Origin: Acidobacteriota bacterium
GTDB taxonomy: Bacteria; Acidobacteriota; Thermoanaerobaculia; Multivoradales; JBCCEF01
Assembly: GCA_039030395.1 (NCBI GenBank)
Contig: JBCCEF010000020.1
Coordinates: 17,364 to 81,363 of the forward strand
Direction: 5' to 3'
DNA: 64,000 bases
Shown: piece by piece, positions 33,639 through 42,070 of the stretch
Numbering within the stretch: position 1 is the stretch's first letter
How the letters are laid out: every line of letters starts with the position of its first letter
The notes under the pieces: model-generated
Databases searched by the model: none
Told to the model about the DNA's origin: nothing
Seen by the model: the letters and a program-made list of their open reading frames with translations, nothing else
Program-made: the position numbers and the translations under genes

Positions 33639-34081
33639 GCCGTCCGCCTAGGCCAGCGGCGAGTCCACCGGCGCTCTGCGAGTTCGCCCACGGCAGCGCT
33701 TGCCCTCGAGGCAGGCGCGCCGGTACGAGCCGCCCAGATCAGCCACGGGCGGCCGTTTTGGGTTCTCCGAAAGGCTAGTTCAATCCGAGCCGGCGGAGGT
33801 AGGCCTCCTCGGTGTCGTCTGAGACTGTCGAAGGCGACGACGAGACAGTCGTCCACGAACGGCAGCCACCCACAGCAGCCTCCGACGAGGAGTAGCGTGC
33901 ACGCTGCAATCGAAACGCCGGAGCGGGCGGTTGGGAGGTCGGTCGCCATCATGCGGGGCCTTTCTGCTTGGACAATCACCAGATTCGGCCTCAACTCGAT
34001 GGTTGGTTGGGCGTGCTCGTCAGTGAACGTCCAAGTTCCCCATTCGAGCACGATTTCTCCAGACCGTTCAGAGAAAGGCAT
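33635..34081 (-). CDS. hypothetical small protein (uncertain)
   Basis: The ORF sits in a locally lower-GC patch and has one hydrophobic segment (VSIAACTLLLVGGCCGWLPFV). The C-terminal third is Arg/Ala-rich and may be non-coding. Confidence 0.3.
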   Translation of the reverse strand: MPFSERSGEIVLEWGTWTFTDEHAQPTIELRPNLVIVQAERPRMMATDLPTARSGVSIAACTLLLVGGCCGWLPFVDDCLVVAFDSLRRHRGGLPPPARIELAFRRTQNGRPWLIWAARTGAPASRASAAVGELAERRWTRRWPRRTA

Positions 34082-34173
34082 TCTCGCAGATGGCCTGCAG
34101 GGTGGGTGCGCCATCGGCCAGGATCATGCTGGGTCCATGGTCCCAGCAACCTTCGAAGATCCGGCGGAACCGC

Positions 34174-34827
34174 CTAGCCCGCGACGGGATCGGCGAGGCC
34201 GAACTCGGCCAGCCGGGTGCGCGATGCCCAGCGGTCGACGCGCCAGCGCTTCGGCCGTCGGTTGCTGACGTTGCCTCCGTGGACCACCTGCAGAAGGTGC
34301 GGTCCCCGGATCCAATGGATTCCGGGCAGGCGCGCCAGATGCTTGTGGTCGACGGCGTAGGGGTTGGCGCCCCGGCGGAATGCCGCCAGAGGCGCCGGTT
34401 CTCGGCGCCGGTAGTGTTGGAGGTGACCGCTGGCGAGGTCGAGGCGCAGGGAGCGGCCGGTGATGCTGGCGGGAGCGGCCGCCGGCGCGCGATGTACCGC
34501 GTCGAACCAGTCCGGGTGGACGGCATCGTCGGAGTCCAGACGGGTGACGGTCTGCTCCACGCTTCCGGTCCAGCCACCGCGCCAGTCGTCCTGCTCCACC
34601 ACCTCCGCCCAGGGAAGATCGGACACCCGCTCCGCCACGGCTCCGGCGACTTCGCGGCCGCACAGTAGCTTGACGGGAATTCCGAGCCTCGCCACGGACG
34701 GTACGAAGAACCGACGGAACAGCCCGTGGCGCTCCGCCAGCCAGTCCGGATCGCGAAAGGCCGAGGCCGTGTTTCCCTCCGGCCGGGGCACGGCGAAGCG
34801 GGTGACGATGACGTGACTCACGGCCAC
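34174..34827 (-). CDS. putative glycosyltransferase (rhamnosyl-transferase-like, PF11316-type)
   Basis: The N-terminus is HVIVTRFAVPRP... and the motif RLDSDDAVHPDWF occurs in the middle, resembling the putative rhamnosyl transferase family. Recognition is from memory only. Confidence 0.5.
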   Translation of the reverse strand: MAVSHVIVTRFAVPRPEGNTASAFRDPDWLAERHGLFRRFFVPSVARLGIPVKLLCGREVAGAVAERVSDLPWAEVVEQDDWRGGWTGSVEQTVTRLDSDDAVHPDWFDAVHRAPAAAPASITGRSLRLDLASGHLQHYRRREPAPLAAFRRGANPYAVDHKHLARLPGIHWIRGPHLLQVVHGGNVSNRRPKRWRVDRWASRTRLAEFGLADPVAG

Positions 34828-34976
34828 ACCCGCCGGCCGCGGGGCGCATTGCCAAGGCGCTCCGAGGGACTTTCGAGAAGCGACAGGCCGGTCAACGGAG
34901 GGCGCCGGCGGTAGCCATGGAGGTGCGCCGTGGAGTCATGAGAGTCCCGAGGCTGGGAGAGGTCCGGGCGTTGGAA

Positions 34977-35051
34977 TGGAGGCGACGGTCGGAATCGAAC
35001 CGACGAATGAGGGTTTTGCAGACCCTTGCCTTACCACTTGGCTACGTCGCC
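34977..35051 (-). tRNA. tRNA-Cys (GCA), CCA encoded
   Basis: The reverse complement is ggcgacg-ta-gcc-aagtggtaa-ggc-a-agggt-ctGCAaa-accct-cattc-gtcgg-ttcgatt-ccgac-cgtcgcc-t-cca. This is a full cloverleaf. Confidence 0.95.
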
Positions 35052-35167
35052 CCGGGGTGCTGCGCTGCCGAAAACGGCCTCGGAAGCCCTGAGAACGCGA
35101 AGGCCGCTCACGTGAGCGGCCTTCCCGGCTGGGAGAACCCCTCACGGGGCTTCAGTCAGCATTCTAT

Positions 35168-35242
35168 TGGAGCGGGAAACGGGATTCGAACCCGCGACCC
35201 CAACCTTGGCAAGGTTGTGCTCTACCACTGAGCTATTCCCGC
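35168..35242 (-). tRNA. tRNA-Gly (GCC), CCA encoded
   Basis: The reverse complement is gcgggaa-ta-gctc-agtggta-gagc-a-caacc-ttGCCaa-ggttg-gggtc-gcggg-ttcgaat-cccgt-ttcccgc-t-cca. Confidence 0.95.
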
Positions 35243-35313
35243 TCGGGGTGCAAAGGATAGCTAGGCCCTTGGCCACTGTCAAGGGCACTTCCCGGGTCTG
35301 TCTTTCGCCCCTC

Positions 35314-35724
35314 TCAGTGCCTCTCGTCCAGCTCGAAAGCACCACGAATCAGGTGGATACGCCAAACCGCGGATCCGCCTTCGAGCACTCGGTCCAAAGC
35401 CAGCACGTCGAATCGGCACGGGCCCTCCCAAGGGTGCCGACGCAGCCACCGTTCGGCCTCGCGCACGAGCTTTCGCCGCTTGGTCAGGGTGACCGCCGCG
35501 GCAGCGGTGCCGAAGCTCGGGCCGGACCGTGCCTTGATCTCCACGAAACACAGCACTCCGGCCTCTACCGCCACCAGATCGACCTCCCCGGAGCGGGAGG
35601 CTACGTTGCTGCGGAGGATGCGAAACCCGTTCCGCACCAGCCACCGCCGAGCCTCCCGCTCCGCCAATCTGCCGCGGGAGGCGGTGTCGAGGAGTCCACG
35701 AAACCGCTCCAGTCGAATCGCCAT
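35314..35724 (-). CDS. YraN family endonuclease (UPF0102)
   Basis: It carries GRLAEREARRWLVRNGFRILRSN..SRSGEVDLVAVEAGVLCFVEIKARS. Confidence 0.85.
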   Translation of the reverse strand: MAIRLERFRGLLDTASRGRLAEREARRWLVRNGFRILRSNVASRSGEVDLVAVEAGVLCFVEIKARSGPSFGTAAAAVTLTKRRKLVREAERWLRRHPWEGPCRFDVLALDRVLEGGSAVWRIHLIRGAFELDERH

Positions 35725-35970
35725 CGATCCTCCTTTCCCCTCTGAGAACGCAAGAAGCGCCGACCGCCGCTCGCAGGACCGGCGCGGCGAAGGCGATCGG
35801 GCATCGACTCATGCACCTGATACGATCCCGAGGCAAGCAAAGACTTCATAGGATGTGCAACTCACGATGCTCGCACTTCATGGCAGCGTGTTGTCCCCAG
35901 GAGCCCCGCTTCTGCTGAGCGGCTCAGGGCGCTATGGCTCGAGGCGCTACATAGGCCTCGGCGGTGCGCG

Positions 35971-36567
35971 ATGAGCAGCGCGTCGACCGGCATAACGGCT
36001 CTGCTTCATGCCTGCGACGGCGCCGCTGGCCGCGAGGCCTTCGACCGGTTGATGCCCGCGGTGCTGACAGAGCTCCGGCAGATCGCACGGCGTCAGCTCT
36101 GCGGAGAACGCAGAGGAATCTCCCTATCGCCCACCGCTCTGGTCAGCGAGCTGTATCTGCGTTGGTGCCGCCAGACGGCGCCTCGCTGGCGGGATCGTGG
36201 TCAGTTCTTCGCCGTCGCGGCGGCTCAGATCCGTCGTATCCTGGTCGATCATGCGCGCTGGAAACGGGCCGCAAAGCGTGGCCCGGAAGGATCACGGGGC
36301 CCGTTTCCAGAAGAGGCGAAAGGTCCAGCCCTTCGCCCGGCGCAGGACGGATTGGCCGACTCTCTCGACCTCCAACGCGCCCTCGCCAAGCTCGAAGGCC
36401 TCGATCCGGAGCTCCGGCGCCTAGTCGATCTGCGCTTCTTCCTCGGCTTCTCGGCGGCGGAAACGGCGAAGGCGATGGCAATTTCGGAGCGAACCGTAAT
36501 GCGTCGCTGGGCGTGGGCGAGGGCGTGGCTGGTCCGGGAGCTGGGCCGCCCGTCGCCGCCGTCATGA
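35971..36567 (+). CDS. ECF-type RNA polymerase sigma factor (TIGR02999 / Sigma70_ECF family)
   Basis: It carries ITALLHA..., LSPTALVSELYLRW...WRDRGQFFAVAAAQIRRILVDHARWKRAAKRG, and a C-terminal HTH with SERTVMRRWAWARAWL. Confidence 0.9.
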   Translation: MSSASTGITALLHACDGAAGREAFDRLMPAVLTELRQIARRQLCGERRGISLSPTALVSELYLRWCRQTAPRWRDRGQFFAVAAAQIRRILVDHARWKRAAKRGPEGSRGPFPEEAKGPALRPAQDGLADSLDLQRALAKLEGLDPELRRLVDLRFFLGFSAAETAKAMAISERTVMRRWAWARAWLVRELGRPSPPS

Positions 36568-39185
36568 CGGCGACAACGTGGCGCCGCGCGCGGCGGATCT
36601 TCGAGGCTTCCCTGGATCGGCCCACCGCCGTGCGGTCCCGCTTCGTGGAACAGGCGGCCGGAGGCGACCGCGCTCTCCATGCCGATGTCCGCGAGCTGTT
36701 GAGAGCCCATCGCGCGGCGGAGGGTCGGTTGCCTGAGCCATGGCCCTCCCGCGGCTCGCCGGAGGCTCCTCCCCTCGCCGCCGGCGATCGGGTCGGCGCC
36801 TATTCGGTGGTGCGCGAACTCGGCCGGGGCGGAATGGGCTGGGTGTTCCTGGCGGAACGCGCCGATCAGGCCTTTCAGAAACTCGTCGCCATCAAGCTGG
36901 TGAGCCCGGGAGCGATCCTCCCCGAAGTGTTCGACCACCTGCTCGAAGAGCGCCACATCCTGGCGCAGCTCGAACATCCGAATGTAGCCCGTCTGCTCGA
37001 CGGAGGCAGCACCGAAAACGGCCTCCCCTACCTGGTGATGGAGTATGTGGCGGGTATCCCGATCGACCGCTTTTGCCGCGACTGGAACCTGCCGATCGAG
37101 GCTCGTATTGGGCTATTTCGGCAGGTTTGCGAAGCGGTCCACTTTGCCCACCAGAACCTGATCATCCACCGCGATATCAAGCCCGGCAACATCCTGGTGA
37201 CCAGCACCGGCACGGCCAAGCTGCTCGACTTTGGCCTCGCCCGCTGGACCCGCCGACAGCCGATCGAAGCGCCGCGCCGCGCCCTGCGTCCCCTGACGCC
37301 GGAGTACGCCAGCCCGGAGCAGCTTCGCGGCGAGCCATTGAGTACCGCCACGGACATCTTTTCCCTCGGCGTGTTGCTCTACGAACTTTTGACCGACCGC
37401 CGCCTGTTCCGCGGCGAGAGCAGTTCCCATGGCCTGGTGAAGTACCTCTCCAGAGGGACTCCGATCCAGCCCAGCGTCGCCTTGGACCCGCCCTCGCCCG
37501 CCGCCGGATCCAGGGACGGGCCGCAAGGCCTATCGAACCGTCTTCTCAGCCGGCGCCTGGCCGGGGACCTCGATCACATTGTCCTGTGCGCTCTCCAAGA
37601 GAAGCCGGCGGAGCGCTACCCTTCGGTTCAGCGCCTGTCGGACGATCTCCAGCGCCATCTCGACCACCTCCCGGTGTCGGCCCGCGGCCACACTGCCGTC
37701 TACCGCAGCGTGAAGTTCATTCGGCGGCACAAGGCTCTCGTTGCCATCGTCGGAATCGCCGTCCTGGTGTTGTCCTTCTCCACCGGTCTCTTGGCGGTGC
37801 AGCAACGGCGGCTGGTGGCGGAACGCGACGTTTCACAGGCCGCTCTGACGCGGGCGGAAACGGTCGAACGATTCACCGTTGAGCTGTTTACCGAGGCCGA
37901 TCCTGCGATGGCCGGGTCGAGCTATTTCCGCCTGCGCGAAGGAATGCTCGATGCGGGAGTCCGGCGGATCCGTTCGGAACTCGCCTCGCAGCCGGAGGTG
38001 CGGGCGTCCTTGATGACCCAGATCGGAGCGGCCTACGGACGGATGGGCCTGTTCGACAAAGCCCTGCCCCTGCTGCGGGACGCCCATGCGCTGAGGATCG
38101 CGGTGTTGCCGGAGGGACATCCGGACCTCGCCGAGAGTCAGCTTGAACTCGGTAGCCTGTGGGCGGACCAAAGCCGCTTCGCCAAAGCCGATCTGATGTT
38201 GCGCCGTGCTCTGAAATGGACCGTTCGCGCCTCCGGCCCAGAGTCTCCTGAGGTTGCCGACTGCCTCCACGAACTGGCCCAATTGACCCGCGATCGCGGC
38301 GACCGGGCGGCTGCCGAGCCGATGCTCCGCAGGGCTCTTGAGCTACGCCGGCGGTGGCTCGGCGATGATCATCCCAAGGTGGCGGAGAGCCTGCGGGGCT
38401 TGGGCGACTGGGCGTGGGACGAAAGCGACGGATCCGCCGCCGAGGGCTACTGGAAGGAAGCCCTGGAGATCAACCGCAAGAGCCTTGGACCCCATCATCC
38501 GAGTGTCGCCGCCGGTCTCGCTGACCTCGCCTATGCGGCCTCGCTACGCGGTGATCAGGAAGAATCCGAGGTGCTCTTTCTCGAGGGCCTGGAGCTGGGG
38601 CGAGAGGTCTTCGGAGAGAACCACTCCCAGCTCGCGCGCATCCTCTACGGTCTCGCATGGATCGATCAACACCGCGGCCATCTCGCAACCGCCGAAGAGC
38701 GCTATCGCCAGGTCCTCGCCATGAATCGCAGTCTGTTCGACGGGGATCATGTCCACATCGCCGGCAGCCTCAATGCCCTGGCCCGGGTGCACCAAGCGCA
38801 GGGGCGTTTCGCACTGGCGGAGTCGATGTTTCAGGAAGCTCTGGCGATGAATCAGCGCCTGGTCGGTGACGATCATGGGCACATCGCGATCACCCTTCTC
38901 TTTCTCGCCGAGCTGTACTCCGCCCAGGGCGAGTGGCAGAAAGCCGAGCCCTTGCTCCAGCGAGCCCTGCCGATGGCTCGGCGGGCTTTCGTCGAGGACC
39001 ACCGCATGGTGGCTCGGTTGGAGTACCGGCTGGCGGAAGTGTGGGTCGAATCCGGCAGAGTCGCCGACGCCGAACTCCTTGCGCGCCGGGCCATCGCCTC
39101 TTTGGAAAAGGCTTTCCCGCCACAAGCCCCGAGCCTCCTCGAAGCCCGCCGGATCCTCGAGCGCTGCATCCAGGCGTCCGCCTGA
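36564..39185 (+). CDS. Ser/Thr protein kinase with one TM segment and C-terminal TPR repeats
   Basis: The ATG overlaps the sigma-factor stop (ATGA). Kinase motifs present are GRGGMGWVFLA, VAIK, HRDIKPGNILV, DFGLA and YASPEQ. A TM segment follows (ALVAIVGIAVLVLSFSTGLLAV). It is followed by many TPR-like repeats (LA.LY..QG....AE.L..RAL). Confidence 0.9.
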   Translation: MTATTWRRARRIFEASLDRPTAVRSRFVEQAAGGDRALHADVRELLRAHRAAEGRLPEPWPSRGSPEAPPLAAGDRVGAYSVVRELGRGGMGWVFLAERADQAFQKLVAIKLVSPGAILPEVFDHLLEERHILAQLEHPNVARLLDGGSTENGLPYLVMEYVAGIPIDRFCRDWNLPIEARIGLFRQVCEAVHFAHQNLIIHRDIKPGNILVTSTGTAKLLDFGLARWTRRQPIEAPRRALRPLTPEYASPEQLRGEPLSTATDIFSLGVLLYELLTDRRLFRGESSSHGLVKYLSRGTPIQPSVALDPPSPAAGSRDGPQGLSNRLLSRRLAGDLDHIVLCALQEKPAERYPSVQRLSDDLQRHLDHLPVSARGHTAVYRSVKFIRRHKALVAIVGIAVLVLSFSTGLLAVQQRRLVAERDVSQAALTRAETVERFTVELFTEADPAMAGSSYFRLREGMLDAGVRRIRSELASQPEVRASLMTQIGAAYGRMGLFDKALPLLRDAHALRIAVLPEGHPDLAESQLELGSLWADQSRFAKADLMLRRALKWTVRASGPESPEVADCLHELAQLTRDRGDRAAAEPMLRRALELRRRWLGDDHPKVAESLRGLGDWAWDESDGSAAEGYWKEALEINRKSLGPHHPSVAAGLADLAYAASLRGDQEESEVLFLEGLELGREVFGENHSQLARILYGLAWIDQHRGHLATAEERYRQVLAMNRSLFDGDHVHIAGSLNALARVHQAQGRFALAESMFQEALAMNQRLVGDDHGHIAITLLFLAELYSAQGEWQKAEPLLQRALPMARRAFVEDHRMVARLEYRLAEVWVESGRVADAELLARRAIASLEKAFPPQAPSLLEARRILERCIQASA

Positions 39186-39387
39186 CTGCCTTCAGACGGT
39201 TTGAGTCGCCTGCAAGGGCCCTTCCGAAAGGCCGGGCAGTGACCCCTGTCATAGCTCGCCGAGTTCTCGCGCTCTTACCGGTGACGACTCGACGGCTTCG
39301 CGGTGTTTCGTCGGTCCACCGACGGAGTTCCGGCCGGGCCGTCAGGAGAGCTCTCGCAACGAGACCGACGCGACTGGAGAGATTGTG

Positions 39388-39702
39388 ATGAAAAGGACCG
39401 TAGCGCTGGTATTCGCCATCCTGATGTGCTTCGCCTTCACCGGCATCGCCTCCGCGGAACCCGCCGACGACGCTGTGGATCACAAGACCGAGACCTTTAT
39501 CGAAGAGCTCAATCTGAACCCCGACGGCGCCGGCGAGCGGGCGCGGGAAAAGTCGAAGGAGCATCAGAGCTTCGTTTGCCTGTGCGCGGTGAGCTGCTGG
39601 CCGGAACCGCACATCTGGTGCCGCTTTGAGTGGTGTGTCGGCGGTGGTGGTTGCTGTTCCCAGTGCTACTGGGAAAACTGCATCAACAACTGCAGCAGTT
39701 AG
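39388..39702 (+). CDS. secreted Cys/Trp-rich small protein (signal peptide + acidic pro-region + 10-Cys C-terminal module)
   Basis: The sequence is MKRTVALVFAILMCFAFTGIASA / EPADD...KEHQS / FVCLCAVSCWPEPHIWCRFEWCVGGGGCCSQCYWENCINNCSS. A GGAGAG motif lies upstream. A GTG at 39385 is an alternative start. Confidence 0.7.
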   Translation: MKRTVALVFAILMCFAFTGIASAEPADDAVDHKTETFIEELNLNPDGAGERAREKSKEHQSFVCLCAVSCWPEPHIWCRFEWCVGGGGCCSQCYWENCINNCSS

Positions 39703-39711
39703 TGCTCCCCT

Positions 39712-39737
39712 GGGCACGCCCTTTTCGGGGCGTGCCC
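39712..39737. terminator. perfect 10-bp GC hairpin between convergent genes (candidate bidirectional terminator)
   Basis: gggcacgccc-ttttcg-gggcgtgccc. It lies 10 nt after the Cys-rich peptide stop and 20 nt after the stop of the convergent lipoprotein gene. Confidence 0.55.
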
Positions 39738-39756
39738 GCCTGGCTGTCTTCAGATC

Positions 39757-40344
39757 CTACAGAGTGACCTGCACCGAGCCGCCCAGCCAGGAAATTCCGC
39801 CGAGAGTTCCCGCCGGCGAGAAGGTTTGATTGCGGGAAAAGGCGAAACCGCCGCTGCCGCTGGCCTTGGCCTGGAAGGTCAGGCGCACCAGCGCGCCGGT
39901 TCCGGACACGCCGGATACACCGCCGAGGCGGGTGAAGCCGACCACGACCTGGCCGGCGGACACCTCGTTGACCTGGAGGGTGGTGGGAGTTCCGCCGCTT
40001 TGGCTGAGAAAGGGCTGTTCCGACGAGTTGACGAGGTCGAACAGTTGCGAGGGAAACTGCAGATCGAAGGCGACACCGTAAAGATCCGTCACGCCGGTGG
40101 CGGTGACGTCCAAGGTCAGGGTCGTCGCGTTCTGCCCCACCTGAACCATGGAGATGGTCACGCCGCCGCCGGTGGCCGGAGTGAAGACGATGCCCTGCGG
40201 CGGCGGTGGCGGCGGCGCCGTCGGACCTCCTCCTCCGCCGCCGCCGCCGCAGCCCGGTAGGAGCAGCAAAAGCACGACGAGAAGAAACGATCCGAGAGCC
40301 GGCTCGGGGCGGGCGACGAACGGCGTCCAGCGGGAGACGCTCAT
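39757..40344 (-). CDS. lipoprotein with a poly-Gly/Pro linker and a cohesin-like domain
   Basis: A lipobox is present (LLLLPGC), followed by GGGGGGGGPTAPPPPPPQ. The segment DLYGVAFDLQFP...ALVRLTFQA resembles cohesin-type beta-sandwich domains. There is an ATGA overlap with def. Confidence 0.65.
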   Translation of the reverse strand: MSVSRWTPFVARPEPALGSFLLVVLLLLLPGCGGGGGGGGPTAPPPPPPQGIVFTPATGGGVTISMVQVGQNATTLTLDVTATGVTDLYGVAFDLQFPSQLFDLVNSSEQPFLSQSGGTPTTLQVNEVSAGQVVVGFTRLGGVSGVSGTGALVRLTFQAKASGSGGFAFSRNQTFSPAGTLGGISWLGGSVQVTL

Positions 40345-40868
40345 GCGGTGACTTTATCCTGTTCGAGGCTGCGCAGCAGTTTCTTGAGCTGGCGGCGCAT
40401 GCGTTCACGGCGCAGCCCCCGCAGATGATCGACGAACAAGATGCCGTCGAGATGATCCACCTCGTGGCTGATCGCCCGGGCCGTCCACTCTTCCGCTTCC
40501 ATGGTGTGGGCATTGCCCTGGAGATCCTGGTAGTCGACCTGGATCACCGCCGGCCGGCGGACTTTGTCCGTCAACTCCGGAATCGAGAGACAGCCTTCGA
40601 GTTCCGATGTCTCACCGCGCGGGTTGCTGATCCGCGGATTGACCAGGATCTTGAGCTGGTCCGGCTCTTCGCCGACGGAAACGTCCACCACCGCCAACCG
40701 CTTCGCAATCCCCACCTGGGGCGCCGCAAGGCCGATCCCAGGCGCTGCGTACATGGTTTCCACCATGTCTTCGGCCAACCGCTCCAGCTCTCCGTCGAAG
40801 ATCGTCACCTCCTCGCAGGTCTGGCGCAGGATGGGATCGGGGATGCTGCGAATGGGTCGTCGAGCCAT
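40341..40868 (-). CDS. def: peptide deformylase
   Basis: It carries GIGLAAPQVG, EGCLSIPE and HEVDHLDG. Confidence 0.95.
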   Translation of the reverse strand: MARRPIRSIPDPILRQTCEEVTIFDGELERLAEDMVETMYAAPGIGLAAPQVGIAKRLAVVDVSVGEEPDQLKILVNPRISNPRGETSELEGCLSIPELTDKVRRPAVIQVDYQDLQGNAHTMEAEEWTARAISHEVDHLDGILFVDHLRGLRRERMRRQLKKLLRSLEQDKVTA

Positions 40869-40923
40869 GGTGCGGTGCTCACCGAAAGGTGTGGCGTGGG
40901 CAATGCAAACGTAGGGCGATGCT

Positions 40924-41799
40924 CTACCCGCTCTGCTCCATCGAGTCTACCAATTTCTGGAGTTGCCGGTCATGATCCTGGGCGCGCAGCAGGGCGATCA
41001 GTCCCCGCGGATCGGAGTTGCCCCGCATCGCCCGCTCCAGGCCCTCGCGGTCCAAGCGAACGACCACCGCCTTCTCCTTGACGATCAGATCGCAGGGCCA
41101 GGGCTCCTGCTCCAGGAGCGCCCTCTCGCCGATGAGGTCCTGCGAGCTGAAGGAGCGCAGCGCAGCTCGCGATCCCCGGTAGGTCGCCTCGACAACACCG
41201 CTCACCACCCAGTAGAGCTCGGCCTGGTTCTGCCCCGCCCGCACCAGCGGCCGGCCGGTGGAAATGCGCAGGATCTCGCAGGCCGCGAACAGGCGCTCCA
41301 GTTCCTCGCCGCTCAACCGCATGATCAGGTCGCTGGTCATGATCTTCTTCCACAGGCGGGGGAGCTGCAGAATCCAGGTTTCGGCGGTGGTCGCCGGCAT
41401 GCGTCCCTCGCGCAAACCCTTAGCCACCGCCAACCGTTTGTGATCCAGCTTGCGCGCCAGTCGGTAGAGTTCGATCTTGCGAGCGAGATTCTGGTCCAGC
41501 GGTGCACTTTTGAGGGCGCGGGAGAGCACCGCCAAGCCCTTGTCGTATTGCCCTTCCTGGGCGTATTCGTCAGCCACCAGGGAGTACGACGCCACGGCGA
41601 GATCCAACTTTCGGAGGGCGGCCAGAACCTCTGCCAGCTTGAGATGGGCATGGAGATCGTGCGGGTGAGAGCGAACCCTGGCCTGTAGGCGATCCTCCGC
41701 CTCTTCGTACCGCTCGAGAACGATCAGATCGTCGACGGTGAGAGATTCGGCCGGCCCATCTTTCGAGCCTCCTCCCTTGAACAGCCCCTTGAAGACCAC
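40924..41799 (-). CDS. TPR-like / cyclic-nucleotide-binding domain protein
   Basis: The N-terminal part is helical-repeat-like (LKLAEVLAALRKLDLAVASYSLVADEYAQEGQYDKGLAVLSRALK). The C-terminal part has a cNMP-binding-like fold (LVRAGQNQAELYWVVSGVVEA...DLIGERALL). Confidence 0.7.
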   Translation of the reverse strand: MVFKGLFKGGGSKDGPAESLTVDDLIVLERYEEAEDRLQARVRSHPHDLHAHLKLAEVLAALRKLDLAVASYSLVADEYAQEGQYDKGLAVLSRALKSAPLDQNLARKIELYRLARKLDHKRLAVAKGLREGRMPATTAETWILQLPRLWKKIMTSDLIMRLSGEELERLFAACEILRISTGRPLVRAGQNQAELYWVVSGVVEATYRGSRAALRSFSSQDLIGERALLEQEPWPCDLIVKEKAVVVRLDREGLERAMRGNSDPRGLIALLRAQDHDRQLQKLVDSMEQSG

Positions 41800-42070
41800 A
41801 GAAAAACTCCCACAGATCCTTCAACCCCAGTTGCCTCGGCGATCCTCCCCCACCGAAGCGCGCTCTATGGCCCCGCAACAGAGGACGGGACCGCTCTCGG
41901 AAGGGGACGAATCCACCTCGGGAGAAGGGGCAGTATAGCGCGTGGACAGGGCTTTTCGGGTATCGAAAGGAGGTGGCCCGGATCTTGAAGTGAAGAAGTA
42001 GCGCCCGCCGGTCCGCAGCAAACGCCGAACCGATTGCGGGTAGGATTCAATCAGACAGGAGGACCGCTCC

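Noticed and set aside
35964-36563. A single 1073-aa kinase ORF starting at 35964
   Set aside because: Its first 200 codons overlap the clearly recognisable ECF sigma factor (35971-36567) in a different frame and are Arg/Pro-rich. The kinase most plausibly starts at ATG 36564 (ATGA overlap).
39385-39702. Treating the Cys-rich peptide as a second RiPP precursor of the LanB island (shared CCS/W/N-rich composition)
   Set aside because: It carries a canonical Sec signal peptide, lies 20 kb from the island, and has no adjacent modifying enzymes. The compositional resemblance is noted, but a functional link is unsupported.
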